Of a stretch of 64,000 nucleotides of DNA, positions 31,054 to 41,030 are shown one piece after another. The notes beneath the pieces are model-generated. The model saw nothing but the letters and a program-made list of their open reading frames with translations, did no database searches and was not told where the DNA came from. The stretch is from Nitrospirota bacterium. GTDB lineage: Bacteria; Nitrospirota; UBA9217. The stretch covers positions 1,728,001-1,792,000 of the forward strand of contig CAVTRN010000002.1 of assembly GCA_963737155.1 (NCBI GenBank), given 5' to 3'. Positions within the stretch are counted from its first letter, which is position 1. Each line of letters begins with the position of its first letter. Made by a program: the position numbers and the translations under genes.

Positions 31054-31376
31054 AAGAGAAAGACAATTTTGAATTAATACGCGGCAGTGGCAACGTATTT
31101 CGCGACTTTGGCCGTAGTAATGCCAGTTTGGAACAAGCGCGCGCTATTATTGCAGCAAAAATTATACATACACTTGATGAGCGCGAGCTATCCACACGCG
31201 AAGCCGAAAGGCTAACGGGCGTGTCACATTCTGAGTTTTCGCGCATCCGCAACACACAACTTCAACGCTTTACGATTGATCGGATGATTACTATTTTAGG
31301 AAAACTGGATAAAAACATTGAGATACGTGTTACTTTCCAGTCAGGGCATTCTTTACGACAACGGCTACACGCCTAA
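31050..31376 (+). CDS. XRE-HTH antitoxin
   Basis: GSGNVFRDFG, AERLTGVSHSEFSRIR..FTIDRM; ATGA overlap with the toxin gene. Confidence 0.88.
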   Translation: MKEKDNFELIRGSGNVFRDFGRSNASLEQARAIIAAKIIHTLDERELSTREAERLTGVSHSEFSRIRNTQLQRFTIDRMITILGKLDKNIEIRVTFQSGHSLRQRLHA

Positions 31377-31452
31377 ATATACTATTCGCAGGCTGCGAGT
31401 AGTGACTCACTTTAAACTACCATAAGAACCCGATTTTTATAAGAGGCAAACG

Positions 31453-32343
31453 ATGGAAATACATAATGAGTTACTTCCCGAGACTGGTTCCTGGCCAAAT
31501 CAAACTTATGGCGAATTAGGTACTCTCGCTCAAGAAGACGGGAAGGCACAATGCCATATTTGCGGGCGTTTATTTGGGCATCTTGGGAACCACATTGTGC
31601 GTGGTCATAAAATGAGCTGCGCGGAGTATCGCGCATATTTTGGTTTAAGCAGAAGATACCCTCTGGCTGGAGAACATTATCTTTCTACAAAAACAGACAA
31701 CATTAAAAACTATTGTCAAAGGGGAGTAGCTACAATACTTGCCTTGACTCCCGAAGAGCGAAGCAAAATTAGAAAAACTAGATCAGCACGTTTGTCAACG
31801 ACAATAAAAAACTCGGCTTACCAGCAGCAACCAGATGTAAAAAAAAGACTCGTAGAAAGATTATCGTCTCCGGAAATACGTGAGAAAAGCGCAACTACAC
31901 AACGAAAAACATGCAGAAGCCTTGAGTTTAAAGAAAAGATGGAGCAAATACGTATTTCTATGCCAGAAGATAAACGTAAGCTTATGCTTGAAAAACGTAG
32001 TGCCTCAATGAAGGCAACAAATGCCTCTCCTCATAGTGAGGAAAGCCGTAAAAAGCGGGCTGATGGGATTAGAAAATATTGGGCAGATCCTAAAAATCGT
32101 GAAAAACATGCAGAAGCGATGAAACTGAAATGGGAAGATCCATTATTTAAAGAAAAACAATTAGTTGCTTTTACGGCACGAGAATTTACACAATCAGCAA
32201 GTCCTGGAGCAAGAGCCAAAATATCAGAAGCACGTAGACGATATTTTGAAGATCCCAAAAATAGGCAGCACTTTTCTGACATGGCAAAACAAAGTGGCTT
32301 CGGGAAAAAAGGCAAGGGTTCTTCATCCACTGATGGCGCGTAA
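31453..32343 (+). CDS. MucR/Ros-like zinc finger protein with basic helical (NUMOD3-like) repeats
   Basis: CHICGRLFGHLGNHIVRGHKMSCAEYRAYFGL; later PHSEESRKKR, KYWADP, KWEDP, RAKISEARRRYFEDP. Confidence 0.7.
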   Translation: MEIHNELLPETGSWPNQTYGELGTLAQEDGKAQCHICGRLFGHLGNHIVRGHKMSCAEYRAYFGLSRRYPLAGEHYLSTKTDNIKNYCQRGVATILALTPEERSKIRKTRSARLSTTIKNSAYQQQPDVKKRLVERLSSPEIREKSATTQRKTCRSLEFKEKMEQIRISMPEDKRKLMLEKRSASMKATNASPHSEESRKKRADGIRKYWADPKNREKHAEAMKLKWEDPLFKEKQLVAFTAREFTQSASPGARAKISEARRRYFEDPKNRQHFSDMAKQSGFGKKGKGSSSTDGA

Positions 32344-32400
32344 TAGGCACAAATATATGTTGACCTCCACCTCTATCTGCAAGTAATATAGTTTTTACCT

Positions 32401-33717
32401 ATGAGCATCCTTAATCTGCCCGGTATTCAAGCTGTAACCGTTAATCAAACCGACCAGCACTACCAAATAACCGCTAAAACAACCCATCCGCCTGCCTATT
32501 GCCCAAATTGCCAGAGCACGAGCATCGTCAGCTTTGGCGGCCGGGATCTCTTCTTTTCCGATACTCCGATACATGGCAAACAAGTCGGTATCAAGATGAA
32601 AAGGAAGCGTTACTCCTGCAAAACCTACCTGAAAACCTTTATCGAACCCCTACCAATGATGGATGATAAGCGATCGGCAACCAAGCGTCTTGTCGAGTAC
32701 ATTGAAAAGAACTCCCTCAAAAAGACCTTTGCCAGTATCTCCGAAGAGATTGGTGTAGACGAAAAGACCGTCCGAAACATATTCACCGAGTATACTCAGA
32801 GGCTTAAGAAAGAGTACAAAGCTGAGACGCCGCGTTGCCTAGGGATTGACGAGATCTACGTTATCAAGAAATCGCGGTGCGTACTAAACAATATTGAGAA
32901 GAAAATAATTATAGATATGCTCCCTGACCGGAACAAAGCCACCGTTACACAGTATTTGTGCAATATCCACGACTATCGCAACATTGAGGTCGTTTGCATG
33001 GATATGTGGAGGCCATACAAGGATGCCGTAAATGACGTTTTACCAGGCCGTCAAATCATCATCGACAAGTTTCACACCGTTCGGATGGCAAACCAGGCGC
33101 TCGAGACTGTGCGAAAATCCATGCGTGGACAGCTGAAGGACAAGGAAAGACGCACTCTCAAAGACGACCGCTACGTCCTGCTCAAAAGAAACTACAATCT
33201 CGACTCTGAAGACATGATTAAACTGGACGTATGGAGTAAAAACTTTCCAGCCCTGGGTGCATCGTACGATCTTAAGGAGTGGTTCTTTAATATATGGGAC
33301 AGTCAGGACCGGAAAGAAGCTGAAGAACGTTATAATGCATGGGCTGCCAGCATCCCTGCTGATTTGCATAGCACATGGGAGTTCGTATTGACAGCCGTCA
33401 GAAACTGGAGAGACGAGATTTTCTCCTATTTTGACCTTCCTGAGCCTTTAACTAATGCCTTCACTGAATCAATTAATAACATCGTCAGGACAACGAACAG
33501 GATGGGACGCGGCTACTCGTTTGACGTGCTTAGAGCCAAAATGCTGTATTCCAAAGCAATTGAGAATAAGGCCACAAAGTTCCCGAAACGAAATTTCCCG
33601 ATGCCTGAAGGAGCGCTCACATTTTGGATGACTACTAAACCGGAAGAAGATGATGATAAATACTACGGAGTAGAGATATCAACCGTGCTTGAGATGATCG
33701 AACAGGGCGAGCTTTAG
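32401..33717 (+). CDS. ISL3 family transposase
   Basis: CPNC zinc ribbon, LGIDE, VCMDMWRPY, IDKFH, TNAFTESINN. Confidence 0.95.
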   Translation: MSILNLPGIQAVTVNQTDQHYQITAKTTHPPAYCPNCQSTSIVSFGGRDLFFSDTPIHGKQVGIKMKRKRYSCKTYLKTFIEPLPMMDDKRSATKRLVEYIEKNSLKKTFASISEEIGVDEKTVRNIFTEYTQRLKKEYKAETPRCLGIDEIYVIKKSRCVLNNIEKKIIIDMLPDRNKATVTQYLCNIHDYRNIEVVCMDMWRPYKDAVNDVLPGRQIIIDKFHTVRMANQALETVRKSMRGQLKDKERRTLKDDRYVLLKRNYNLDSEDMIKLDVWSKNFPALGASYDLKEWFFNIWDSQDRKEAEERYNAWAASIPADLHSTWEFVLTAVRNWRDEIFSYFDLPEPLTNAFTESINNIVRTTNRMGRGYSFDVLRAKMLYSKAIENKATKFPKRNFPMPEGALTFWMTTKPEEDDDKYYGVEISTVLEMIEQGEL

Positions 33718-33856
33718 ACAAAATCAACCGCAAAATCCGGAGTAAGGAAATAATGTACGGTTGCAGAAAATAACAAAATCAACCGCAAAATCCGGATACC
33801 CAATTATTTTAACAACCTGAGCATCTTGGACATCCTGGCAATAAGGGGGAGGAGCT

Positions 33857-34772
33857 ATGGAACAAGTGGGCGGCATAGGCAGTGAAACAATGCTCGACTG
33901 CATTGTAATCGGGGCGGGTCCGGGAGGCCTGCAGTCCTGTATCCACCTCGGTCGGTACAACTTTCGTGTGCTGTTATTCCATACACCCGGAGGCCGGACC
34001 TGTCTCGCAAAACATATCGAGAACTACCTCGGCCTTCGTGAGATCTCAGGCCAGCGACCTCCTTGAGTTGGGCCTTGCTCAGGCGAAGAGTTTCGGCGTC
34101 GCTGTTGAGAACACCAAGGTGGAGCGCGTCGCGCCCCGGGAGAGACATTTCGAGGTTTTGGCAGGGGGGAAGACCTACCGTGCCAGTTACGTCATTGCCG
34201 CCTCTGGAGCCAAGGAAACTCTCGCCCCGTTCAAGAACCTTTATCGCTTCTTCGGAATCTCATACTACACATGCATGATATGCGATGGCTATCGCACAAC
34301 CAACAAAAAACTACTCGTCATTGACCGCACTGTGAACGGCGTGCGCATGAGCATCGGCATGAAACGGATGTTCACCAAGGACGTGACCTTCCTAGCCCAC
34401 GGCTTTACCTTGGCGCCGGTGTACAGGACGCTCCTCGAGGAAGAAGGCATCAGCCTGGTTGAGGGACGGCCGGAAGAACTTCTCGGTGAGAAGGCCCTCG
34501 AGGGGGTGCGACTTGCCGACAGCCGCGTGATCCCCTGTGAAGTCATCCTGGGGTGGGGCGGGATCTCACTCAACGACGACTACCTCAATGACCTCCCCCT
34601 GGAGCGCGACGCCGAGGGATTCAAGATCATGACGAATAGCTATAGTGAGTCGAGCATCCCCGGCATCTTCGTTCTGGGCGCTCTCCGCCATGGTCACTCC
34701 CAGGCGATTATCTCAGCTGGTCAGGGTGCCGAGGCAGCTATCGAGATCAGTACGAGGATCGTCGAGCTTTAG
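33857..34772 (+). pseudogene. Thioredoxin-reductase-like NAD(P)/FAD oxidoreductase, frameshifted near 34050
   Basis: IVIGAGPGGL..IENYLG in one frame; YCxxCDG equivalent YTCMICDGY and QAIISAGQGA in the next frame. Confidence 0.85.
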
Positions 34773-35211
34773 AAAAAGACCACTTCAAAACGTTTACAGG
34801 GCGATGTGTCGGAAATGGTTTTTGGCTATTTGATCCCTCTCAATGCAAGATGCTAGTACACCGTAAATTTAGTTATTATTATTTCCGCACCGTCATACCG
34901 GCTAAATTCATGCCAGGGTAACGAACAAACGGGGTGCAATACTATTAAGAATTTTATTTACAGTGCACTTGAATGGATCGAAACTGCTCAAATGGTTTCC
35001 AGAATCTGCGATCAATGTCAGGTACGTAGCAAGGTGTCCACGTAAATCGGGCCGGATGTCCGAATTCGATTAGAACGAGCCTCCGAACCCGATGGAATAT
35101 GCATACTTTACATCCATCCTTCCTTTTGTTAATATACCTCGCTATTGATGGAAGATAATAGGATCTCAGACCATTTGCGATTTCTCGGTACATAGTACTT
35201 AATCGAATTTT

Positions 35212-37443
35212 ATGACATCTCATAACTCAATAATTGCGCAGGAACTGTCAATCTCTGAAAAACAGGTTCTTGCCTGTGCAACCCTGCTCGATGAAGGCGG
35301 GACCGTTCCCTTCATCTCCCGCTACCGGAAAGAGGCTACAGGCTCGCTCGACGAAGTGGCGGTCACGGCCATCCGTGGCCGACTGTCCCAGCTCAGGGAG
35401 CTGGACAAACGCAAAGAGGCGATCCTGAACTCGCTGCAGGAGACTGGGAAGCTGACGGAAGAGCTCAAAACCAAGGTGTTTGTCGCCGAGACCATGACCG
35501 CGCTTGAGGACATCTACCTGCCGTATCGGCCCAAGCGCCGAACCAAGGGGACCATTGCCAGAGGGAAAGGCCTTGAACCGCTTGCGCAGATGCTATTCTC
35601 CCAGGTACAGGGGATCGATCTTCCCGCAGATGCAGCCGCATTCGTGGATGCGGAAAAGGGCGTCGAGACCCCGGAAGATGCTTTGGCAGGCGCCCGGGAC
35701 ATCATTGCCGAGTGGATAAACGAAGACCAGAACGCTCGGGCCAAGATGCGCGAACTATATACTTCGAACGGTATGTTCCGGACAAAGGTTATCACCGGCA
35801 GAGAGGAAGAGGGGAGCAAGTACAAGGACTACTTCGACTGGCAGGAACCGGTTGCAAAAGCGCCTTCACACCGCATCCTGGCCATGAGGCGGGGAGAGAA
35901 GGAAGGGTTCCTGATCCTGCGGGTGAATCCGCCCGAGGATGAAGCCTTGACGCTCCTTGAAGCACTGTTCTTGAAGCCCGATAGTCCTGCTGCAGCCCAG
36001 GTGAAGCTGGCTGTCCATGACAGTTACAAGCGCCTGCTCTCCTTGTCAATGGAAACCGAGATGCGTGTCGCGACGAAACTGCGTGCTGATGGAGAGGCGA
36101 TCCGCGTATTCGTCGAGAATCTTCGGCAGCTGCTGCTCTCGCCGCCCCTGGGCCAAAAGAACGTGCTGGCTATTGACCCAGGTTTCCGAACCGGATGCAA
36201 AGTGGTCTGCGTGGACAGGCAGGGAAAACTGATTGTGAACGAAACCATCTATCCGTACTTCTCGGAAAAGAAAATTGGAGAAGCCGGTACGAAGATCATA
36301 GAGCTGTGCCGGAAGTACGACATTGAGGCGATCGCCATCGGAAACGGGACAGCTGGACGGGAGACAGAGGCCTTTGTGCGGCAGTTGGGACTGCCTTCCA
36401 CGATCCAGATCGTAATGGTGAGTGAGAGCGGCGCTTCGGTCTACTCCGCGTCGGATGTCGCTCGTGAGGAATTCCCCGACCACGATATAACGGTTCGCGG
36501 AGCCGTGTGCATCGCCAGGCGTCTGATGGACCCCTTGGCAGAGCTGGTCAAGATCGATCCCAAGGCCATTGGCGTGGGCCAATATCAGCATGACGTGGAC
36601 CAGAACGCTCTCAAGCAGGGTTTGGACGACACGGTAGTGCATTGCGTGAACGCAGTGGGTGTCGAGGTGAATACGTCGAGCAAACAGCTACTTACCTATG
36701 TTTCAGGACTGGGGCCGCAGCTGGCCAGTAACATCGTCTCATACAGGAACGCAAACGGGCCCTTTCACAGCCGGGAGGAATTGAAAAAGGTGCTCAAACT
36801 CGGGCCCAAGACCTTTGAACAGGCAGCGGGATTCCTGCGCATCCATAATGCTGAGAATCCGCTCGATACAAGCGCAGTCCATCCGGAAGCCTATCACGTC
36901 GTCGATAAAATGGCAAGGGATCTGCACTGTTCCATCCTGGACCTGATGCGGAAGGAAGAGTTGCGGAAGAACATCGACCTCAATACATATGTGACCGAAA
37001 CGATAGGTCTGCCCACGCTCAAGGATATCATGGCAGAGCTAGCCAAACCAGGCCGCGACCCTCGGGACAAGTTCGAAGCGTTTAGTTTTACCGAAGGAGT
37101 AAAAAAAATAGAGGACGTGAAGCCGGGGATGAAGCTTCCCGGCGTGGTGACAAACATTACGGCTTTCGGCGCGTTCATCGACATCGGCGTTCACCAGGAC
37201 GGCTTGGCGCACATCAGCCAGCTTTCTGACAAGTACATAAAGGACCCGAACGAGGCCGTGAAGGTCCATCAAAAGGTGATGGTCACGGTTCTGGAAGTGG
37301 ATGTGGCCAGGAAGAGGATATCACTTTCACTCAAGAAGAACCCGGAGAAACCGGTTTTAAAAAAGCAGGAATGGCTTAAGAAAGAAAGGCCGCAATCGGA
37401 TTTAAATGCACTGAAGAGTGCGTTCACTAAAAATAGAACCTGA
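35212..37443 (+). CDS. tex: Tex family transcription accessory protein (S1 domain)
   Basis: GTVPFISRYRKEATGSLDE, LEDIYLPY, IDPGFRTGCK, GNGTAGRET, IGVGQYQHD, C-terminal S1. Confidence 0.96.
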   Translation: MTSHNSIIAQELSISEKQVLACATLLDEGGTVPFISRYRKEATGSLDEVAVTAIRGRLSQLRELDKRKEAILNSLQETGKLTEELKTKVFVAETMTALEDIYLPYRPKRRTKGTIARGKGLEPLAQMLFSQVQGIDLPADAAAFVDAEKGVETPEDALAGARDIIAEWINEDQNARAKMRELYTSNGMFRTKVITGREEEGSKYKDYFDWQEPVAKAPSHRILAMRRGEKEGFLILRVNPPEDEALTLLEALFLKPDSPAAAQVKLAVHDSYKRLLSLSMETEMRVATKLRADGEAIRVFVENLRQLLLSPPLGQKNVLAIDPGFRTGCKVVCVDRQGKLIVNETIYPYFSEKKIGEAGTKIIELCRKYDIEAIAIGNGTAGRETEAFVRQLGLPSTIQIVMVSESGASVYSASDVAREEFPDHDITVRGAVCIARRLMDPLAELVKIDPKAIGVGQYQHDVDQNALKQGLDDTVVHCVNAVGVEVNTSSKQLLTYVSGLGPQLASNIVSYRNANGPFHSREELKKVLKLGPKTFEQAAGFLRIHNAENPLDTSAVHPEAYHVVDKMARDLHCSILDLMRKEELRKNIDLNTYVTETIGLPTLKDIMAELAKPGRDPRDKFEAFSFTEGVKKIEDVKPGMKLPGVVTNITAFGAFIDIGVHQDGLAHISQLSDKYIKDPNEAVKVHQKVMVTVLEVDVARKRISLSLKKNPEKPVLKKQEWLKKERPQSDLNALKSAFTKNRT

Positions 37444-38038
37444 GAACGCCGCGACAGGAACGTCTTCCAGACGAAGGGCAGAAAAACCAAGGAATGGATC
37501 GCGAACTGAATTGATGCATGCTGCGACCAATATTCCGCAACCTCTTAATTTGGTCGCATCTGCATGATTGTAAGTGCAATCGATTTTCAAACAATAAAAG
37601 CGAAGGTGTAGAATACATTTTTGTATCATTACATTTTGCGATAAAGTTTTCTGTTAACGACTCCATCCTCTTCGAAGCTGTCATTTTCTCTATTCGCTGA
37701 CACTCTTATATTTAAAACCAAAGCGACAGACCGGGTATAGACCGAAAAGGGAACTTGTTGTTAAATCAGTCCTCGAACAGATGTTAACCAAGAGTGACCG
37801 CCAACAGGATTGCTTTGGCAATGTTATTTGATCCTGAATTATTATTTTGTGCCATTCCTTGCAACTCATCAACTCTCAACCTGACTCTTGCAACATACGT
37901 TTTCAAATTTCATTAGATTACCCTTAAGGTTTCTACATTTCTCGACAAAATTCAGGGAAATCGTACCATGAGCGATTGCGCATCAGGCATTTATACCCTC
38001 GGCCCATGTAATTCTTTCTGGATTACACACTCTCCCTC

Positions 38039-40486
38039 CTACTCCTGCGGCAACACCGCACCCGTGTTGAATAACAGGAGTTGTCCCACAGCCTCGAAGG
38101 TTTTTACCCAGTTGGACGCGCCTTCGTCGCCTGCCTTCGCTTTCGCGAATTGCTCCCGGAAGGCTGTCTTTGCCAAGCCATAATATCGGTTCTGCACCTG
38201 CCAGAAGTTCCCTTCCAGCGGGAGCGAACGCAGCAGTTCCAGCAGGCCTTGAAATTTCGCAAGGAGCGCTTCGTCGGACGGATTTCCCGATATCTTGTCC
38301 ATAAAGTCCTCGACCCGGCGCCTAACGGTGAATTCGAGGTCTTTGGCATACGGCGGACATTTCCAGCGCTTCATTTCCTCGTCAATACTGCGGATTTTAT
38401 CCACATTGATCGTTTCTTCTGCAAAGGCCTTCCGCAGGTCGACGAGAAGGATGAACTCCACAGCCGTGACGTATGCCCTGGGCACAGGCATCCCCGTTTC
38501 GCGGAGGAACGTCATCAGCGTCATATTGTTCTCGTAGATTCCCCGATAACCGGCCTCGAATCCATCGAGCGTCTTCGCGATGAGATTGTTCAGGACCTTT
38601 CGCTGTTCGTCCCGGAATAAATTAAGGAGCGAATATGTATGCATACCGAAGTGATTGTCCATGAGCCGTACGATATCGGCGAACGCGCCCCTCTTGAACG
38701 CCGTGGTGATCTCTACCTTCATGGACTGGTAGGCTTTGTCATCGAGAAAGATGTTGACGCCTCCGTTAAAATCCTGGTCCCCGAGATGGAGCACGGAAAA
38801 GCTGATGCGCTCCACTTCACCCGTTATTGCCGATGAGACAAGGACCCGGCCGACGGCGAGGTCCATCGGGCCCGCTTTCATCCTCTCGTAGTCTTCTCGG
38901 ACGGCCGTGTAGCAGTAGATCCCGGCCTGCTCCGGGTAGTCTCCGAAGAGGGAGCTGATGCCGTAATGCGCGGCCACCTTTTGGAGGTCGACCATGACCG
39001 GCTTGACCGCGTCCGCATAGACCTTCATGCCATCTCCGCGTTCAGGAAGGTTGCTCTTCGCCCCGGCCAGTTTTTCGAGAAAGACCTGTTCCAGGTTTTC
39101 GCTGAAGATGTCTGCCGACAGCTGGATCGCCCTCGCGGCATACTGGATGATTTGGATGGTTTCGAGGCCCGAAAGCTCGTCGAAAAACCAGCCGCAGCTC
39201 GTGTACATAAGCATGGCGTGGCGCTGGAGTTCAAGAAGCTTGAGTGCAAATACCTTCTCACCGCCGTCGAGAGCCCGTGTCGCGTGTTTTTCGAAGAACA
39301 GGGTGGTGCTTTCCGGCAGGCGCTTGAGAACATTCCCGATATAGTCGTCCCTCGCCTGCCAAGGGTCCGTCAGGTATTCTCGCGACTTCAGTTCGTAGCG
39401 GATGGCAAGCTCGTCACGCAGCCAATCCAGCGCCTGTCTGAGCGGTGCCCGCCACTCCTGTTGCCACCCGGAATGGCCGCCTGAATTACAGCCGCAGTTC
39501 GATCTCCAGCGCTCTATGCCGTGGGAACAGCTCCAGGACGTGTTTTCAAATATCTGGACTTCATAGGTGGGAGGATATTTCTCAAGATACTCTCCGAAGT
39601 TCGTGAGCTTTGCTATCCCGTTTGTCTTGATGTGGTGAAGGGCGTAGGCTAGGGCCATATCCCCGAATTCCCAGTGGTGCCCATAAGTCTCGCCGTCGGT
39701 AGCAATGGTGAGGATCTGTGGCCATTGCCGATCTTCAGAAAAACCGGTTGAGAGCCTGCCCGCGAAGTCCTCGCCTTTTGTAAGGAGTTTCTCGAAAGCA
39801 ACGGCCCGAGAGATAGGGCCGTCGTAGAAAAAAAGATGGATCGCCTTGCCCGAAGGCAGCTTGCAGAGATAGACTCGCGCGGGGTCCACCCGACTTCCGC
39901 TCACGTCTTCCCATTTTTCAACGCCAATCTGCCGGATTCGCGACGCTTGGTGAGGGGCGAGAATGGTAAACTGGATGCCCGCGTTCGAAAGTAGTTCGAG
40001 TGTTTCCGTATCCACACCCGTCTCCGGAAGCCACATGCCTTCGGGAAAACGTCTGAAGCGGTGCTCGAAGTCCCTGATTCCCCAGATGATCTGGGTGCGC
40101 TTGTCACGGGCGTTAGCCAAAGGCATGATGAGGTGGTTATACGCCTGGGCGATGGCATTGCCATGGCCGGAATGCAGCTCTATGCTTTTACGGTCCGCAT
40201 CGAGGATGCCTTGGTAGATCTCCGGTGCGAACGTTTCCATCCACGAAAGAAGCGTAGGGCCGAAGTTAAAGCTTATATTCTCGTAGTTGCTCGTGATGTC
40301 GAGAATGCGCTGCCCTCCATCCAGGATCCGCGAAGCGAAATTTGGCGAATAACACTCCGCCGCGACCCGTTCGTTCCAGTCGTGGTACGGGTGCGCCGAG
40401 TCCTGGATCTCGATCGCTTCGAGCCAGGGGTTTTCCCGCGGCGGCTGGTAGAAATGCCCGTGGATGCAAATGTATCGTTCCATCAT
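38039..40486 (-). CDS. Glycoside hydrolase family 57 / DUF3536 protein
   Basis: CIHGHFYQPPRENPW, NFGPTL, GMWLPET, ATDGETYGHH, SWSCSHG, TSCGWFF. Confidence 0.92.
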   Translation of the reverse strand: MMERYICIHGHFYQPPRENPWLEAIEIQDSAHPYHDWNERVAAECYSPNFASRILDGGQRILDITSNYENISFNFGPTLLSWMETFAPEIYQGILDADRKSIELHSGHGNAIAQAYNHLIMPLANARDKRTQIIWGIRDFEHRFRRFPEGMWLPETGVDTETLELLSNAGIQFTILAPHQASRIRQIGVEKWEDVSGSRVDPARVYLCKLPSGKAIHLFFYDGPISRAVAFEKLLTKGEDFAGRLSTGFSEDRQWPQILTIATDGETYGHHWEFGDMALAYALHHIKTNGIAKLTNFGEYLEKYPPTYEVQIFENTSWSCSHGIERWRSNCGCNSGGHSGWQQEWRAPLRQALDWLRDELAIRYELKSREYLTDPWQARDDYIGNVLKRLPESTTLFFEKHATRALDGGEKVFALKLLELQRHAMLMYTSCGWFFDELSGLETIQIIQYAARAIQLSADIFSENLEQVFLEKLAGAKSNLPERGDGMKVYADAVKPVMVDLQKVAAHYGISSLFGDYPEQAGIYCYTAVREDYERMKAGPMDLAVGRVLVSSAITGEVERISFSVLHLGDQDFNGGVNIFLDDKAYQSMKVEITTAFKRGAFADIVRLMDNHFGMHTYSLLNLFRDEQRKVLNNLIAKTLDGFEAGYRGIYENNMTLMTFLRETGMPVPRAYVTAVEFILLVDLRKAFAEETINVDKIRSIDEEMKRWKCPPYAKDLEFTVRRRVEDFMDKISGNPSDEALLAKFQGLLELLRSLPLEGNFWQVQNRYYGLAKTAFREQFAKAKAGDEGASNWVKTFEAVGQLLLFNTGAVLPQE

Positions 40487-40854
40487 TGCTCCCCCCGTCA
40501 AGTAGACCGCCATACTGTGGCCGCGCTACGCGTAACCGTGTCGCCATTCGCAAGCTCCCGGAGAGCGCGGTGCGTTTTATTGTTTTATGCGGCAATAAGG
40601 AATTCCCATTAGATACGAGAGCCAATAATCAAGGTGGATCATAAAACCAGGTTCACCATATCTCACGTGCATGATGATAGGAAGAACCTTTAACATGATT
40701 GCGTAAATTATAAATCAATTTTGAAAGGAAAAGAATAGAAGAAGGGGATACCTTTTTTATATGAATCCAGAATCATTAAGGATTGAGACGACATCTTTAC
40801 GTTGGACTCAATCCTTATTGATTGGCATTCAGCTACCTATTTTCCCCTAATCGT

Positions 40855-41030
40855 CAAAGCATCAGGGATCAACGGTGACCGATGGCTACTTCTCTGCAAG
40901 CAACGCCCAGGAAAACCACTGGGTGGCCGCGCGCCTGCCATCCAACAGTCCAAGCTCCGCGAGCATAAAAGCACCTGTGCAAATCGCGCCAAACCTAGTC
41001 GCTCCCTTGGCGCAACGGGCGGTCCAGTGG
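40855..41030 (-). pseudogene. Internal fragment of a GlxA-family (DJ-1/PfpI-AraC) regulator
   Basis: Manual translation RFGAICTGAFMLAELGLLDGRRAATQW..EK*PSVTVDP matches the xCTGAFxLAxAGLLDGRxATTHW motif; contains stops. Confidence 0.75.

Larger units (their letters stand above)
30497..33801 (+). mobile_element. ISL3-family element with passenger genes (3305 bp)
   Basis: Perfect 24-bp TIRs GGGTATCCGGATTTTGCGGTTGAT / ATCAACCGCAAAATCCGGATACCC and perfect 8-bp target duplication AATTATTT (30489-30496, 33802-33809). Confidence 0.95.
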
